NCBI GenBank assembly: GCA_043228905.1
Contig: JBHGNT010000004.1
Span: 18,972,001-19,036,000 of the forward strand
From: Azolla caroliniana
Taxonomy: Eukaryota > Plantae > Polypodiophyta
Length of the DNA: 64,000 bases
Direction of reading: 5' to 3'
The notes beneath the pieces are model-generated. The model worked only from the letters and a program-made list of their open reading frames with translations. It was not told the DNA's origin and searched no databases. This document shows, piece by piece, positions 48,501-60,617 of the stretch. The position numbers and the translations under genes are program-made. How positions within the stretch are numbered: the stretch's first letter is position 1; each line of letters opens with the position of its first letter.

Positions 48501-49192
48501 AAATTACATATCATCCTGCGAAGCAGCAAGGGAAGGCAGATGCATTATCGCGACGCTTATATCGAGCACCTCATCGAGGTGATCTAGCATTCGATAATCA
48601 AAGGCAAGTCATCCTAGGACCAACACGATTGCAAGCAACGTGGGTTTTTGACACTCCATTGGATTCCCGCATTATCGAGACCATACGTGAAGACTTGAAG
48701 ACAGATGCTATCGCTCAAGCCATTCTAGCACAAATTGATCCCTCGGGGGCAACTTGTTCACACTCACAACAACCAGGTACAGACTATCGACAATTCAAAT
48801 GTCATGACAGATTACTATTCTTTAAGAAACTCTTGACATATGTTCCCAATGTTTCTTGTTGCCTTCGGGTAGTCCAAAACTGTCATGACACATATACAAC
48901 TGGACATTTTGGTAGTACTAAAATGTTGGATTTAGTACAACGATCATTTTGGTGGCTTCATGTGCCACGATTTGTCGAAGACCATGTTCAGACATGTGAT
49001 ACATGTTGCAGAGCAAAGATGCCAAGACATCATCCATATGGTTTATTGGAACCATTACCAATTCCAAGCAAACTGTGGCAGTCCATTTCTCTAGATTTTA
49101 TCACAAATCTTCCAGCTTCAAAGGGATTCGATGTGATCTTAACAATAGTAGATCGGTATACTAAGATGGCACATTTCCTGCCTTGTACTAAG
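45541..49192 (+). pseudogene. Chromovirus gag-PR-RT-RH-IN (N-terminal part)
   Basis: LPTKFNETQSQFKGFL capsid; CLYCGGPMHIAVNC; ALLDSEAN; KKDGSLRLVVDYRGLN; YLDDLL; NYEIHDKELLAIV; WQSISLDFITNLP. Confidence 0.92.
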
Positions 49193-49679
49193 TGTTACCG
49201 GCCGGCAAAGGAGTCCAGAGTGGGAAACGGAGAGTTAATTAAGTAGTAGGAATGTGGTTGTAATTAAGCTATGAGTGTGGACGGACGGACCGGAAACGGT
49301 ATGCCGTTCCGGATCCGGACCGATCCCGAACAGGTGCGGATGGCACCATTTTGTAATACAAACCGGAAACCTATTTAAAGGCCCGGATACAATGTAATAG
49401 TTAGCGGTTAATTAATGAAAGCTTAAGCGTTGTTATCTCTCTGTGTTAATTGCCGTTCTGTCTTAATTGTTATATCTTACGCGTGTTATGAAAGACGATC
49501 CTAATAAGTAACTTAATTAAGTCGGATTAAGCATTGAAGTCAAATCCGATTGCCGTAACACCCTTTGGTGAAGTGTCTCCCGTAGACACCCTGTGTTAGG
49601 CCATTGTCCGGCCCGAAGAGTTAACACAGTTTTTGGCGACCACGATTCCTGTTTTTGCAGCGAACGACGACACGGATGG

Positions 49680-52600
49680 ATGTCTAGATCAATGCACGAC
49701 CTGGTTACAGATCGAACTCGACGCCTTGCCGAAAGGCAAAGGAGACGCGAGGCTTTCCAGCAAGCGGCGCAGGAAATTAGAGCGGATCGCTCGTTTTCCA
49801 ACGTAATCCGGAGAGTAGCGGAGGACTCCCTCTGGTTACAGCAAACATCGCACCCGGACGACGGCAGCAGCCTAAGCAGCCTCCGGGAAACCGAATCCCT
49901 TCTCCACACGTTGGCAAACGGAGAAGGCGAAGCAGAAGCCTTTTCAGCATATGAATCGGACTCCGAAGGGGAATACAGCATGCACACGAACTACCGTAGC
50001 AGCAACGAAACCCCAGGCGGACCGGAGGATGAAGGATCAGATACTTTACCGACACCGGAACCGGAAGTGCTAACGCTGGAACCCCCGAAACCAGCAGAGG
50101 AAGAACGACCTCTGACACCGGAAGTCGAAGAGGAGAGGCCTCCGTCACCAAAGGAAGAGGAAAAACAACCGACGCCGGAAATAAATCGGGAAAGACCACC
50201 GACGCCGGAGAAAATTCCGGAACGAGCACCAACACTACCAGCCCGTGCACCGATACCGGACGACGACATGTCGTTCCAGTACTCCAAGTATAGAGATGAT
50301 TCGGACGCGGAAGCTCATGTGCACGCCTTTGAACAGACATGGGAAGCCAACCATGTGTCCCAGCGATTGACACCGGAGGAAGAAGAACGCTCTAAGATAG
50401 CGGAATTTGGCGTCACATTGGAGGGACTGGCAGCAAGATGGCGCCGGACGTAGGACCCGTCTACCATCAACACCTTTGCAGATTTAAAAGCTAAATTCTT
50501 GCATTTTTTTCAAAAGGAGGTGGACCAGACCGTAATGGTAGGCTTATTTTATACCATCCGGCAAGAGGCAGGGGAGAGCATTCCCCAATTTGTCATCCGG
50601 TTTCAACGGATGCATAGTCAGCTTGCCCGCGCACCTCCGGAAGAGGAATTACGGACTATATTCCTAAACGCGGTCCGAGAACCCCTACGCACGGTTTGCA
50701 CGGTAATCGACTTTCGCACAAGTACCATCGACCAGGTCATTGACCGGGTGAGAGAGATGGAAAAGACAAGCTCCTGGCTCACACTGGGAGCACTTCAACG
50801 GGCGTTACCGTCCGATGAAGACCTCCGGTTTCGGCAAGCAATACAGTGCACAACCTGCTTGAATTCCGGACACTCGGCTCTAGAATGCACTATGAGGACG
50901 CAATGTGTAATCTGTCAATCCAAGAGCCATACGACGGATAGGTGCGAGTATAATCTGTTGAATCGGCAAGCACCGCCCGTCCGACAAATTGAGCCACGCA
51001 GCAGCCGGGATGAAGAAGACGAACGCTGGCGGCGAATGGACCGTGACCGACCGGCACAGGATGTCCGGTATGGCGAGCGACGGGAAAATGATGTTCGGTA
51101 TGGCGATTGACGGGAAATTGATGTCCGGTACGGTGATCGGCGGGATAACTATGACCGGCATGATCGGTACCAGGATTACAATAGACAATACGAACATTAC
51201 GACCGGGAGCACTCCCCCAGGTATCGTCAGCAACAGGAGGAATACGACAGATATAACGGGCAACCCCGTCAAGAGTACCATAATAAGAAGAGCTATAACA
51301 AAAAACGGCATTTTAAAAAAGGCGGCTACCCCCGAGATCCGGAACAAGGAGCTCCAAGTAGCCAACCGGTACAAAACCCCGCGCGTGCCGTAGGACCTGC
51401 CCTGGGTACAACAGACAATGCCGAATCTAGCAATACCTGGAAGGCCTACTACTACTACTACCGACAGGAAGGCCATTATAGTAACCAATGCCCGGTGAAG
51501 AGCTATGAAAAACGACCGGCGGTAAATATGGTAGTCCCTGAGGTGGCGGATCTGCAGCAGGTGACCACAAGGTCGAAGGGCATGGCCAAAGAATGGGAGA
51601 CATAGGAGACCATCCGGAAACAAGCAACGGAATGGGTAAAGAAAGCAAACGAGCAGAATGTCATAGACTTACAGCAGCAAAAGGAGAACACCGCAGGGCT
51701 TGCCGGCGGTAGTCAATCCGAGAACGAGACATGGCAGGCGTTGCAAGAATGCCAGATTACGTTACCACTAGGAAGACTCCTACAACTCGTGCCAAGATTC
51801 ACGGAAGGACTGAAGATGGCCATGACGGCAGGAGAACCATCACTGACACCAGTACTCTTCTCGAATCCGGAGGAGGGACCAACGGTGGTGGACACCAGCA
51901 GTTCGGTAATCACTGCCATTGTGAAAGGGAAAGAACTCCCCGGCACAGTTATAGACGGAGGCTCTGGGGTGAATGTAATAAGCCTCCGGACGTGTGATGA
52001 CCTAGGAATCCACGAGTGGGAGCCGTTTCCGTTCTGGTTGCGGATGGCCGATACAAGCTCAATGCGGCCGACAGGATTAATACGGAAATTAGAAGTCACC
52101 GTCGGCGGTCATACATTTCACATCTCGGCCGTAGTGCTACAATTACAGGCACAAGGCGCATACCCGCTATTGCTGGGGCGGCCATGGTTGAAAACGGCAC
52201 ATATCAAACAGAATTGGCGAAAAAATATAATTACCTTCCGGCGAGGAAAAGCCAAGGTACGGGTACCAACACAGCCAAGGACGAGCACTGGCAAGGAATG
52301 TACACCGTTGTATGCGGAATGCGTCAACATGCTAGAAGGGTTAGCGGACGAAGAAGAAGCTCAATACCTGCAGGAAAACCCGAAGATCATACCCCTCTTC
52401 GAAATTGACATTGCCGAAGCAGTAGCACCATACTTACCGCAACCGGAAGAGGCTGAAGCAGAACCGGATAAAGACGCAATCTGGGAGTTACGGCAAGCGC
52501 AGGAAGCGTTGGAACGGGAAATGGCCGTTTCACAGCGCGTGAAAGCGTCGCAACTGGAAGAGGTGAACCTAGGCACCACGGACGAAGCACAACCGGTGCA

Positions 52601-55476
52601 CATCCTCAAGGAGATGAAGTCGAAGACAAAACGGCGATGATAACACTTCTCACGGAATTCCACGATGTGTTCGCCTGGTCATACGAAGATATGCGAGGAC
52701 TCGACCCTCAGTTATACCAGCATCAAGTGCACTTGAGCAAGGACGCAAAACCAGTTGCACAAAGACGGTACCGGATGAATCCCAATTATGCCGCCAAAGT
52801 CAAGGAGGAGATCGACAAACTACTAAGAGTTGGCTTTATCCGTCCGGTAAAGAAAGCGACATGGCTGAGCCCAATCGTAGTCGTACCGAAGAAGAACGGA
52901 AAAATTCGAGTTTGCGTGGACTACCGGAAACTCAATGCGGCTACGGTAACGGATGCGTTTCCACTTCCGTTCACAGATGGAGTGTTGGATGTCGTCGCCG
53001 GCCATGAGGTCTATAGCTTCTTAGACGGATTCAGCGGGTATAATCAGATCCGGATGCACCCCGACGACCAAGAGAAAACGACATTCGTCACCGAATGGGG
53101 GGTCTTTGTGGCCGTGGTGATGATGTTCGGACTCAAAACGGCACCGGCAACATTTCAACGAATCATCATGGAAATCTTTGGTGAATATATACCGGCTTTT
53201 ATGCAGGTTTTCCTTGACGATTTCGCCGTCTATAACCGGGAGGAGGACCATTTTCAGCACCTCTGTCTTTGTCTAGAAAAGTGTAGAGCGTACCGGCTAA
53301 GCTTGAATCCGGCAAAGTGTGTATTTGGCGTGTCCAGTGGAACTTTATTAGGACATATTGTGAGCCAGGAAGGTATTGCAGTCGACCCGGACAAAGTGAA
53401 AGCCATATTAGAAGCACCGGCGCCGGCAACGGCAAAGGCATTAAGCCGGTTCTTAGGCCAGATCCGGTGGCACAGCCAGATGCTCCGATACTTGGCCGAC
53501 CTGGCTACACCGTTGCATGCCGCCGTACATCGGACACCATTCCAGTGGACCGACACTGAGGATAGGGCGTATAAGGCCCTCAAGGTACTATTGTCGCAGG
53601 CACCGGTAGTACAACCTCCGGATTGGAGTAAAGAATTTCACGTGTTCGTGGACGCCTCCGACATCGCAATCGGAAGTGTACTTATGCAGCTTACGGAGCC
53701 AAAGTGGTACCGGCCAATGTACTATGCCAACCGAAAGCTATCCCAAGCAGAACGAAACTACTCTACCACGGAACGGGAAGCTCTAGGGATGATCTACAGT
53801 GTGACAAAGTTTCGGCACTATTTATTGGGAAGGAAGTTTTCCTTCCATGTAGATCATTCGGCACTCCTTTACCTGGTGTCCAAGGCGTCACTCACCGGCA
53901 AATTGGCCCGGTGGACCTTATTGTTACAGGAGTTCGAGTTTGAAATATTCCACCGACCCGGTATACAGCATGCCGTAGCGGATTACTTAAGCCGATTGGA
54001 GTTCGGAGAGACGGGTGACAGAGTACCGGATGAGTTTCCGGATGCGGAGCTGTTTCGAGTCACTACGGAGACGGCAGCAGATGAGACGGTGGCCCAGGAA
54101 GATAAGTGGCTCACAAATATGCACCAGTTTCTAAGCACAAGACTGCCTCCGGAAGAGCTGAACCGGGACGAACGGAAACGCCTGGCTGCTTACTGCAAGA
54201 CACACTGTACCACAAGGGCGCGGACGGCATATGGAGACGGGCGGTGCGCAGCGATGAAAAGGAACTGATACTGAGGGAAGCCCACTGCGGAGTTGCCGGA
54301 GGTCACTATGCCGGAGATGCAACAGCCAGAAAAATATGGCAAAGTGGCCTATGGTGGCCAACGACATTAAGAGATGCGGTACGGTACGCAAACGAATGTG
54401 ACCTATGCCAGAGAATGGGCCAGCCAACGGAGCAGGCTCGTATGCCACACCAGCCGGTACTACCACTCGAGCCATTCCAAAAGTGGGGGCTGGACTTTGT
54501 AGGACCGTTCAAGCCACCGGCAATGAGGACGGGTAATCGGTACGTTATCGTTGCTACGGATTACTGCACGAAATGGGTGGAGGCCAAAGCTTTACGGGAT
54601 AACACCGTTGTGTCAACGACAAAGTTTCTATATGAGTACATCTGGTGCCGTTACGGATGCCCCATTGAATTGATAAGTGACCAAGGGGGGCACTTTCTCA
54701 AACAAGTAGTGGAAAGCCTAACGACCTTCTATGCCGTTGTACACAAACGGAGCACACCTTACTATCCACAGGCGAACGGTTTAGCGGAATCAACAAACAA
54801 GACGCTCCAGAATATCCTCCGGAAGATCGTCAACGAAAACCGGACGGATTGGGACACAAAGCTACATAGCGCGCTTTGGGCATACCGGACGGCATACAAA
54901 ACGAGCATCCGAACAACACCGTTCCGGTTGGTGTTCGGACTCGAGGCGGTCATGCCGGTAGAATTCCAAGTACCTAGCTTACGGATCCAGCTACGGGAAA
55001 GGCTGAACGAGAAGGAGTCGGAGGCAATAAGGTTGACAGCGTTGTGTGAGCTCAAGGAACAACGACTGGCCAGCATCCTACATTTAGAATTGGAGCAACG
55101 CAGATGAAAAGCATTTGTCGACCGACACAGGAAAGGTAACGAAAAAATGTTCGCAATCGGCAAACCAGTGTTAGTATTCCAAACTCGGATGGGCAAGATG
55201 CCAGGTAAACTACGGTTTAGATGGACCGGACCATATTGGCTAACACGGGAGTATAATGGGTCCTACCAGTTAGGGACACTTGCCGGCGAAGTGCTAGGCA
55301 AATGGGTCAACGGATTCCGGTTAAAGGCATATAGAGGACCGATGCCTAAGAACCCATTTGAGCGAAGGACCGACACCAGTGAGGGAAACGGCAACCACCA
55401 AGACGGCATAGAAGCCGAGCCGGTAACTGGGGAGAATGAGGCCGGTAAGGGTCCGAGAGGACCAACCGACAAGTGA
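49680..55476 (+). pseudogene. gag-pol with a few stops and frameshifts
   Basis: Two knuckles CTTCLNSGHSALEC and CVICQSKSHTTDRC; VIDGGSGVN protease; RT FLDDF; RH NYSTTEREALGM; IN WGLDFVGP/ISDQG/NGLAESTNK; WTGPY. Confidence 0.95.
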
Positions 55477-55859
55477 CGTCACACTAATAATAATAATAAC
55501 TAAATCAAAAAAAAAAAAAAAAAAAAACCATCATGCAAAAGCGAGGAATGAATGGATGAAAGAGTGTGGAGCGAAAAGGTACGTAGTGGGCATTTAAAGC
55601 GCCACCACAGGACATAATGCTATTTTAAGTACGCGACATGCACACACTCGAAAAAGGCGCCAGAATGCACAGACAAAAACCATTGCGCGTAGAGACCCTC
55701 TACTTTCGCGAACCCAGGAGCACAGAAGCACCAAGACGTTGCAAGATCATCAGACGAGAACCTTCGCACAGAGAACCCCCGCCTTTTGAACTCTCTCTTT
55801 CTCAACCCCACTCTCATCACCATCCATCCTCGCCACCGCAATCCGACCCCGACACAGAG

Positions 55860-58596
55860 ATGGACCCGCAAACGCTGTCGGAAGCCGCCAAGACATGGCT
55901 GAAGCAACACGGGCTCGAGGGCTTCTTGATGATGATGGAAGTACCGCCACACAAAGAAGCCGACAAAGTGATCAAGGAAATCGATACAGAGGTCATAACG
56001 GCAGAGGCGATTCGAGCGTTAACAGGCCTTCCGGAGGGAGGCATACTCACGATGGACAATCCAACCCCGGAGCAACTCATCAGGTATTTTGGTGAGTACT
56101 CTCTAGCCAGCAAGGGCTACCGGACATAGGGCGGCGGAGATATGTTGTTCCGCGAAATTGCTCGTGTGCTCCATGAATACGGCCACGTGTACCCTAGACC
56201 CCCTGTCATGCCGCAGAACCGGGCAGGGATGATCATCGCCACCTATGAAGGGATCAAGGTGGATTGGCCGGTATTGATCGCAGACGGGTTGTGTGCGGCG
56301 ATCGAGATCGTCAGAGGCAAAGACGGCAAAGAAGGTCGAGACGGACGAAAGATACGGCACGCCGTAACGCAGTGGCTCACCTTGCTGGTGCCACCCGTTC
56401 AGACCGTCCAGCCCAAGAAGCGAGGAAGAGTGCCGGACGGCACCCCAAGGACGGCTTCCAAACGGCAACAGTTGTTGGCCTCTAAGGCCACTAAGGGAAA
56501 GGCGACGGATGCAGAACAGGCGGCAGCAGGAAGCGGCAGCCGGAAGCGCCCAACGGAGGCGCAGGAGGAACCACCGGCACGGCCCGTAAAGGTCACACTC
56601 CGCCGACCGGTGAATCGAGAAGCGGACCCCTTGGAGGCAAAACTCAATGTCGGAGCTTAGGAGGAGGAAATAGAGGAGGAGCCTACGGAGCACCTCCTGC
56701 AACAGTCGTCGGCAAGGACCGTTGAGACAGCCGGGAAACGTTCGGACCCTCAAACGGAGGGAACACCGGATCCCCATACTGAGACTCCCACGCCAAGGAA
56801 GGAACCGGAACCGGTGCATATGGCACCGGAAACAGAAGCCCCGGCACCACCGGCAACACCGGCAAGTCCCATCCCGCCAGAGCCGGAAAGGTCAATGCAG
56901 CCTCCCTCGGTCAGCCAAGAAGAAGCGCAAGGGGAACCAGGACAGTAGGGTGGTCCATGGGCAGAAACGGAACTGCAACTCGGCGCGACCAGGCGGGACC
57001 ACCCCTCTACAAGTGAGCCCATCTGTCAAACCTCCGTGCAAGTACAACAAGGCACTGGTAGCCTGTGGCTTCGGTGGATAGGCGAACAGATAGCCGGAGC
57101 AGTGGGGTATATTGAGGCGGAAGAAAGAGCGCAAAGCGAACGGTTGCTCGTCACAACCGAACAACTAGAGACGGCCCGGTCCAGAATCCGGTGCCTTGAA
57201 AAAGACTTGGATCAGGTCACGACAGAGATGGCCAAAATACGGATCCAATCACCCGTGACTCCCGTAAGTGTACAGAATAAAGAAACGGAACGACCTGTAC
57301 ATAGCAATAAGACCCCGGCAACGGAAACCCTTCCGGCGAGAGATGCGGCGCAAGCTCAGGAGCTTGCGGAATTGAGAGAGGAACTTGCCGCACAAGAAGC
57401 GCTAAGGAGCCATGAATGAGAATTGAAGACGGCGGCCGAAGCCGAATTAAAGAAGACTGCTGAGAACCTCCGTCGGGCAGAGGAGAGCCTCCGGAAAGGC
57501 CATCAAGCATACGACCGGCTAAAGGAGGAGAAAGACAAAGTGCTGCAGGAAAAGGACAAGCTGCGGAAAACGGCGGAAACAAAGATTGAACGGCTAAAGG
57601 AAGAGCTCCGCCAGCAGAAGGACCGCGAGGACCGGGCCCGTCGTCAGATCAACGCACGGCTCAAGCAAAAGACGGATGATTTTGAGCACCTGCACCTGGA
57701 CTACAAACGGCTGGAAACGGAGCATAAAGAACGGATGGCCGAGCTCCAGCAGGCAGTTGATCGGGCCGCGACGGCGATCGCCGACGAACGGGCGGAAAAT
57801 ACAAGACGCTTGGACGAGGCGGAGAAGGTCCGGATGGAGCTCCAGAGGCAGCAGCAGGAAGACAAAGAGAGAGCGTCAACAGTATTGCAGAAATTACAAA
57901 GCACATATCAAAGGCAATTGACGCATTACAAGGCGCAAGCGGAGGACAACGTCAAAATCATCAAACAACTGGAGGAACAGCAAGCGGCGGAAACCAAATC
58001 GCAATTGGGAACGAGCCGGATTCAATCCATCCTCCGGGCATGGCTGAATCAGACAAAACACTTGATTGATGAAAGCTCCGTAAAATGGTGGACAAAGTGG
58101 GCACAAAACGCGGCTGAACTCCAGTTGCTACGGGCGGATGTGGCAAACCGGCGGAAGGAAGGAGATGACTGTTATACGTTGACTTCTGAGGACTTCACCG
58201 CCATACGGGACGAGCTGGCCGACAACTTCCAAGTCCTGGCAGATGAACAGTTGGCGCAGGTCAGGCAGCTCGTAGCCCAGCTGGACGCTCAAATCCAGTT
58301 TCAAAGCTACGAGCGGTCCCGGGTGCGGGAAGAAAAAGCACGGGAAGCGGCAACGGTTAACCTTAGTGATGAGGAACCGTCGCCGGCTGAGGACCAGCCG
58401 GGAACCAGTCAACCGGAGACCACTACGACGCAGGGAGCAACGACGGAGACGTCAGTGTCAGAGCCACAAACGGAGGAGCAGCCGCAGCAACCACCAACGG
58501 ACCCGCCGCAGCAGACAACAACAACAACAACCACTTCCAGATGAACCATTGGAGCCTCTCGAACAAAGCATTCTGGACATTTTGGACGAAGAATAG
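55860..58596 (+). pseudogene. Additional retrotransposon ORF (~900 aa): PMD/Transposase_32-like N-terminal domain, Pro/Glu linker, long coiled coil
   Basis: ORF pieces starting at 55638, 56142, 57036 and 57423 share one frame, broken only by TAG/TAG/TAG/TGA. Motifs ITAEAIRALTGLPEGG and GIKVDWPVLIAD; heptad E/K/R/Q-rich region ~57340-58330. The domain identity is inferred. Confidence 0.8.
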
Positions 58597-59087
58597 CAAG
58601 GGTCGGTTGTGGATTCGACGTACAAGATACTGTCCCACGGGCGTGCCATGTGTTACCGGCCGGCAAAGGAGTCCAGAGTGGGAAACGGAGAGTTAATTAA
58701 GTAGTAGGAATGTGGTTGTAATTAAGCTATGAGTGTGGACGGACGGACCGGAAACGGTATGCCGTTCCGGATCCGGACCGATCCCAAACAGGTGCGGATG
58801 GCACCGTTTTGTAATACAAACTGGAAACCTATTTAAAGGCCCGGATACAATGTAATAGTTAGCGGTTAATTAATGAAAGCTTAAGCGTTGTTATCTCTCT
58901 GTGTTAATTGCCGTTCTGTCTTAATTGTTATATCTTACGCGTGTTATGAAAGACGATCCTAATAAGTAACTTAATTAAGTCGGATTAAGCGTTGAAGTCT
59001 AATCCGGTTGCCGTAACACCCTTTGGTGAAGTGTCTCCTAGACACCCTGTGTTAGGCCATTGTCCTGCCCGAAGAGTTAACACTAAG

Positions 59088-60020
59088 GCAATCACTAGTG
59101 AAGAAACCGCCAAAATTGCCATGCGTGAGGTATTTCGGCATCATGGCCTGCCGGATAGTATCATCAATGACCGTCGACCTCAATTCGTCTCAAAATTCTG
59201 GAAGCATCTCTTCAAAATGCTCTAGGTCACCTGTAACCTCTCCTCTGGCTATCACCCTCAAACAAACAGACAAGCAGAATGAACAAATCAAACGCTGGAA
59301 CAGTATCTTCGATGTTTTCTAAGCTATCAACAAGATGATTGGGCGGATATTCTCCACTTTGCCGAATTTGCTTATAATAACTCTATCCACTCATCGACCA
59401 TTTTATGCCTATACAGACTATCATCCTCGATGGTATGTGTTCGAAACTCCGGAGTTACCCACAAATCCTCGTGTAGAGGATCATTTGGAGTGGCCACGCA
59501 AGATACAGGCAGACCTATCTACCCATTTACATCAAGCTCAACAAACACAAAAGGCTTATGTAGATTGTCATCGGCTTCTATCTTGTTTTGACATTGGAAA
59601 TCGGGTATGGCTATTACGACGACACATCAAGACTACTCGACCATGCAATAAATTTGATTATTGACAATTAGGTCCTTTCCGTATTATTGGAACAGTTGAT
59701 GATGTCACTTTTCTTCTTGATCTACCTCCGCAACTACGGTTACATCCAGTTTTTCATAGTTCTCTTCTCGAACCCTATCAAGACAACACTATTCTGAATC
59801 GCATTATACCACCTCCACCCCCGATCGAGCTTGAAGCAGGACTGGAGTACGAAGTTGATGCCATCCTCGATTCCAAGATTGTTTGCAACAAGCTCTACTA
59901 TTTGGTCGATTGGCTAGGCTATAATCCAAGTGAGCATACTTGGGAACCAGTCGAGAATGTCGCAAATGTTGGAGCTCTTATTGAGGACTTCCATCGAAAA
60001 TATTCCGACAAAACAGGTCC
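59088..60020 (+). pseudogene. Chromovirus integrase (C-terminal part) and chromodomain
   Basis: EVFRHHGLPDSIINDR; GPF and LHPVFHSSLLEPY; EYEVDAILDSK...YYLVDWLGYNPSEHTWEPVENV. Confidence 0.92.
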
Positions 60021-60403
60021 TCCATCTAAGACGCCTCGTAACACTCGTCATCTTGGGAGCCGGGGGGGGGGGGGGGGGGGGGGGGGTAGTGTCATGATAT
60101 AGCATGGTATGGCTTCAAACGGATTTGAACCTATAACCTTGTGTCACATGGGTTGAAGCCCTACCATTAAGCTATATATTGTAATATAAAAAATATTATT
60201 TCCATTTATTATTTCACTTAGGAAATCTATGTATATTCTAGATTTCTCTTGAACATTCTAGAAATGTCAAGAGTACTCCTAAGCATACTATAAAAAGAGG
60301 CACATGGCATTATTGAGAACCAATTCAGTTCAATGCCAGTCTTAAGCCTTCTAGCTATTCTTGTGTATTCTCTTCATATAATATAATATATCGTTTGTTA
60401 TCA

Positions 60404-60475
<72 letters not shown>

Positions 60476-60617
60476 TCTCTCGATAATTCTATACCCTCTT
60501 TTCCTCTTAGTACTAATCCTCATCTCTAGTACTAATTCCCTCTCTGTCTTAGTACTATTCCTAACAAACACAGAGACATAGAGTTACATTCCAAACAACA
60601 AGAACATGGATTGAGGT

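Larger units (their letters stand above)
49193..59082 (+). mobile_element. Ty3/Gypsy non-chromovirus LTR retrotransposon with an additional 3' ORF
   Basis: LTRs 49193-49626 and 58651-59082 (7 substitutions plus one 2-bp indel by hand count); perfect TSD CTAAG; PBS TGGCGACCACG 49634-49644 (tRNA-Arg-like). Confidence 0.97.
44964..60566 (+). mobile_element. Ty3/Gypsy chromovirus (Tcn1/Tf1-like), decayed, interrupted by the 49193-59082 element
   Basis: LTRs 44964-45401 and 60090-60566; poly-G PPT 60062-60086; TSD AAGAC/AACAC; no tRNA PBS; group-I chromodomain. Confidence 0.93.

Noticed and set aside
55860-58596. Envelope (env) gene
   Set aside because: No signal peptide or hydrophobic transmembrane segment is visible; the protein is charged and coiled-coil-like.
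60062-60086. Poly-G run as an independent G-quadruplex or artefact
   Set aside because: Its position directly before the 3' LTR identifies it as an expanded PPT.
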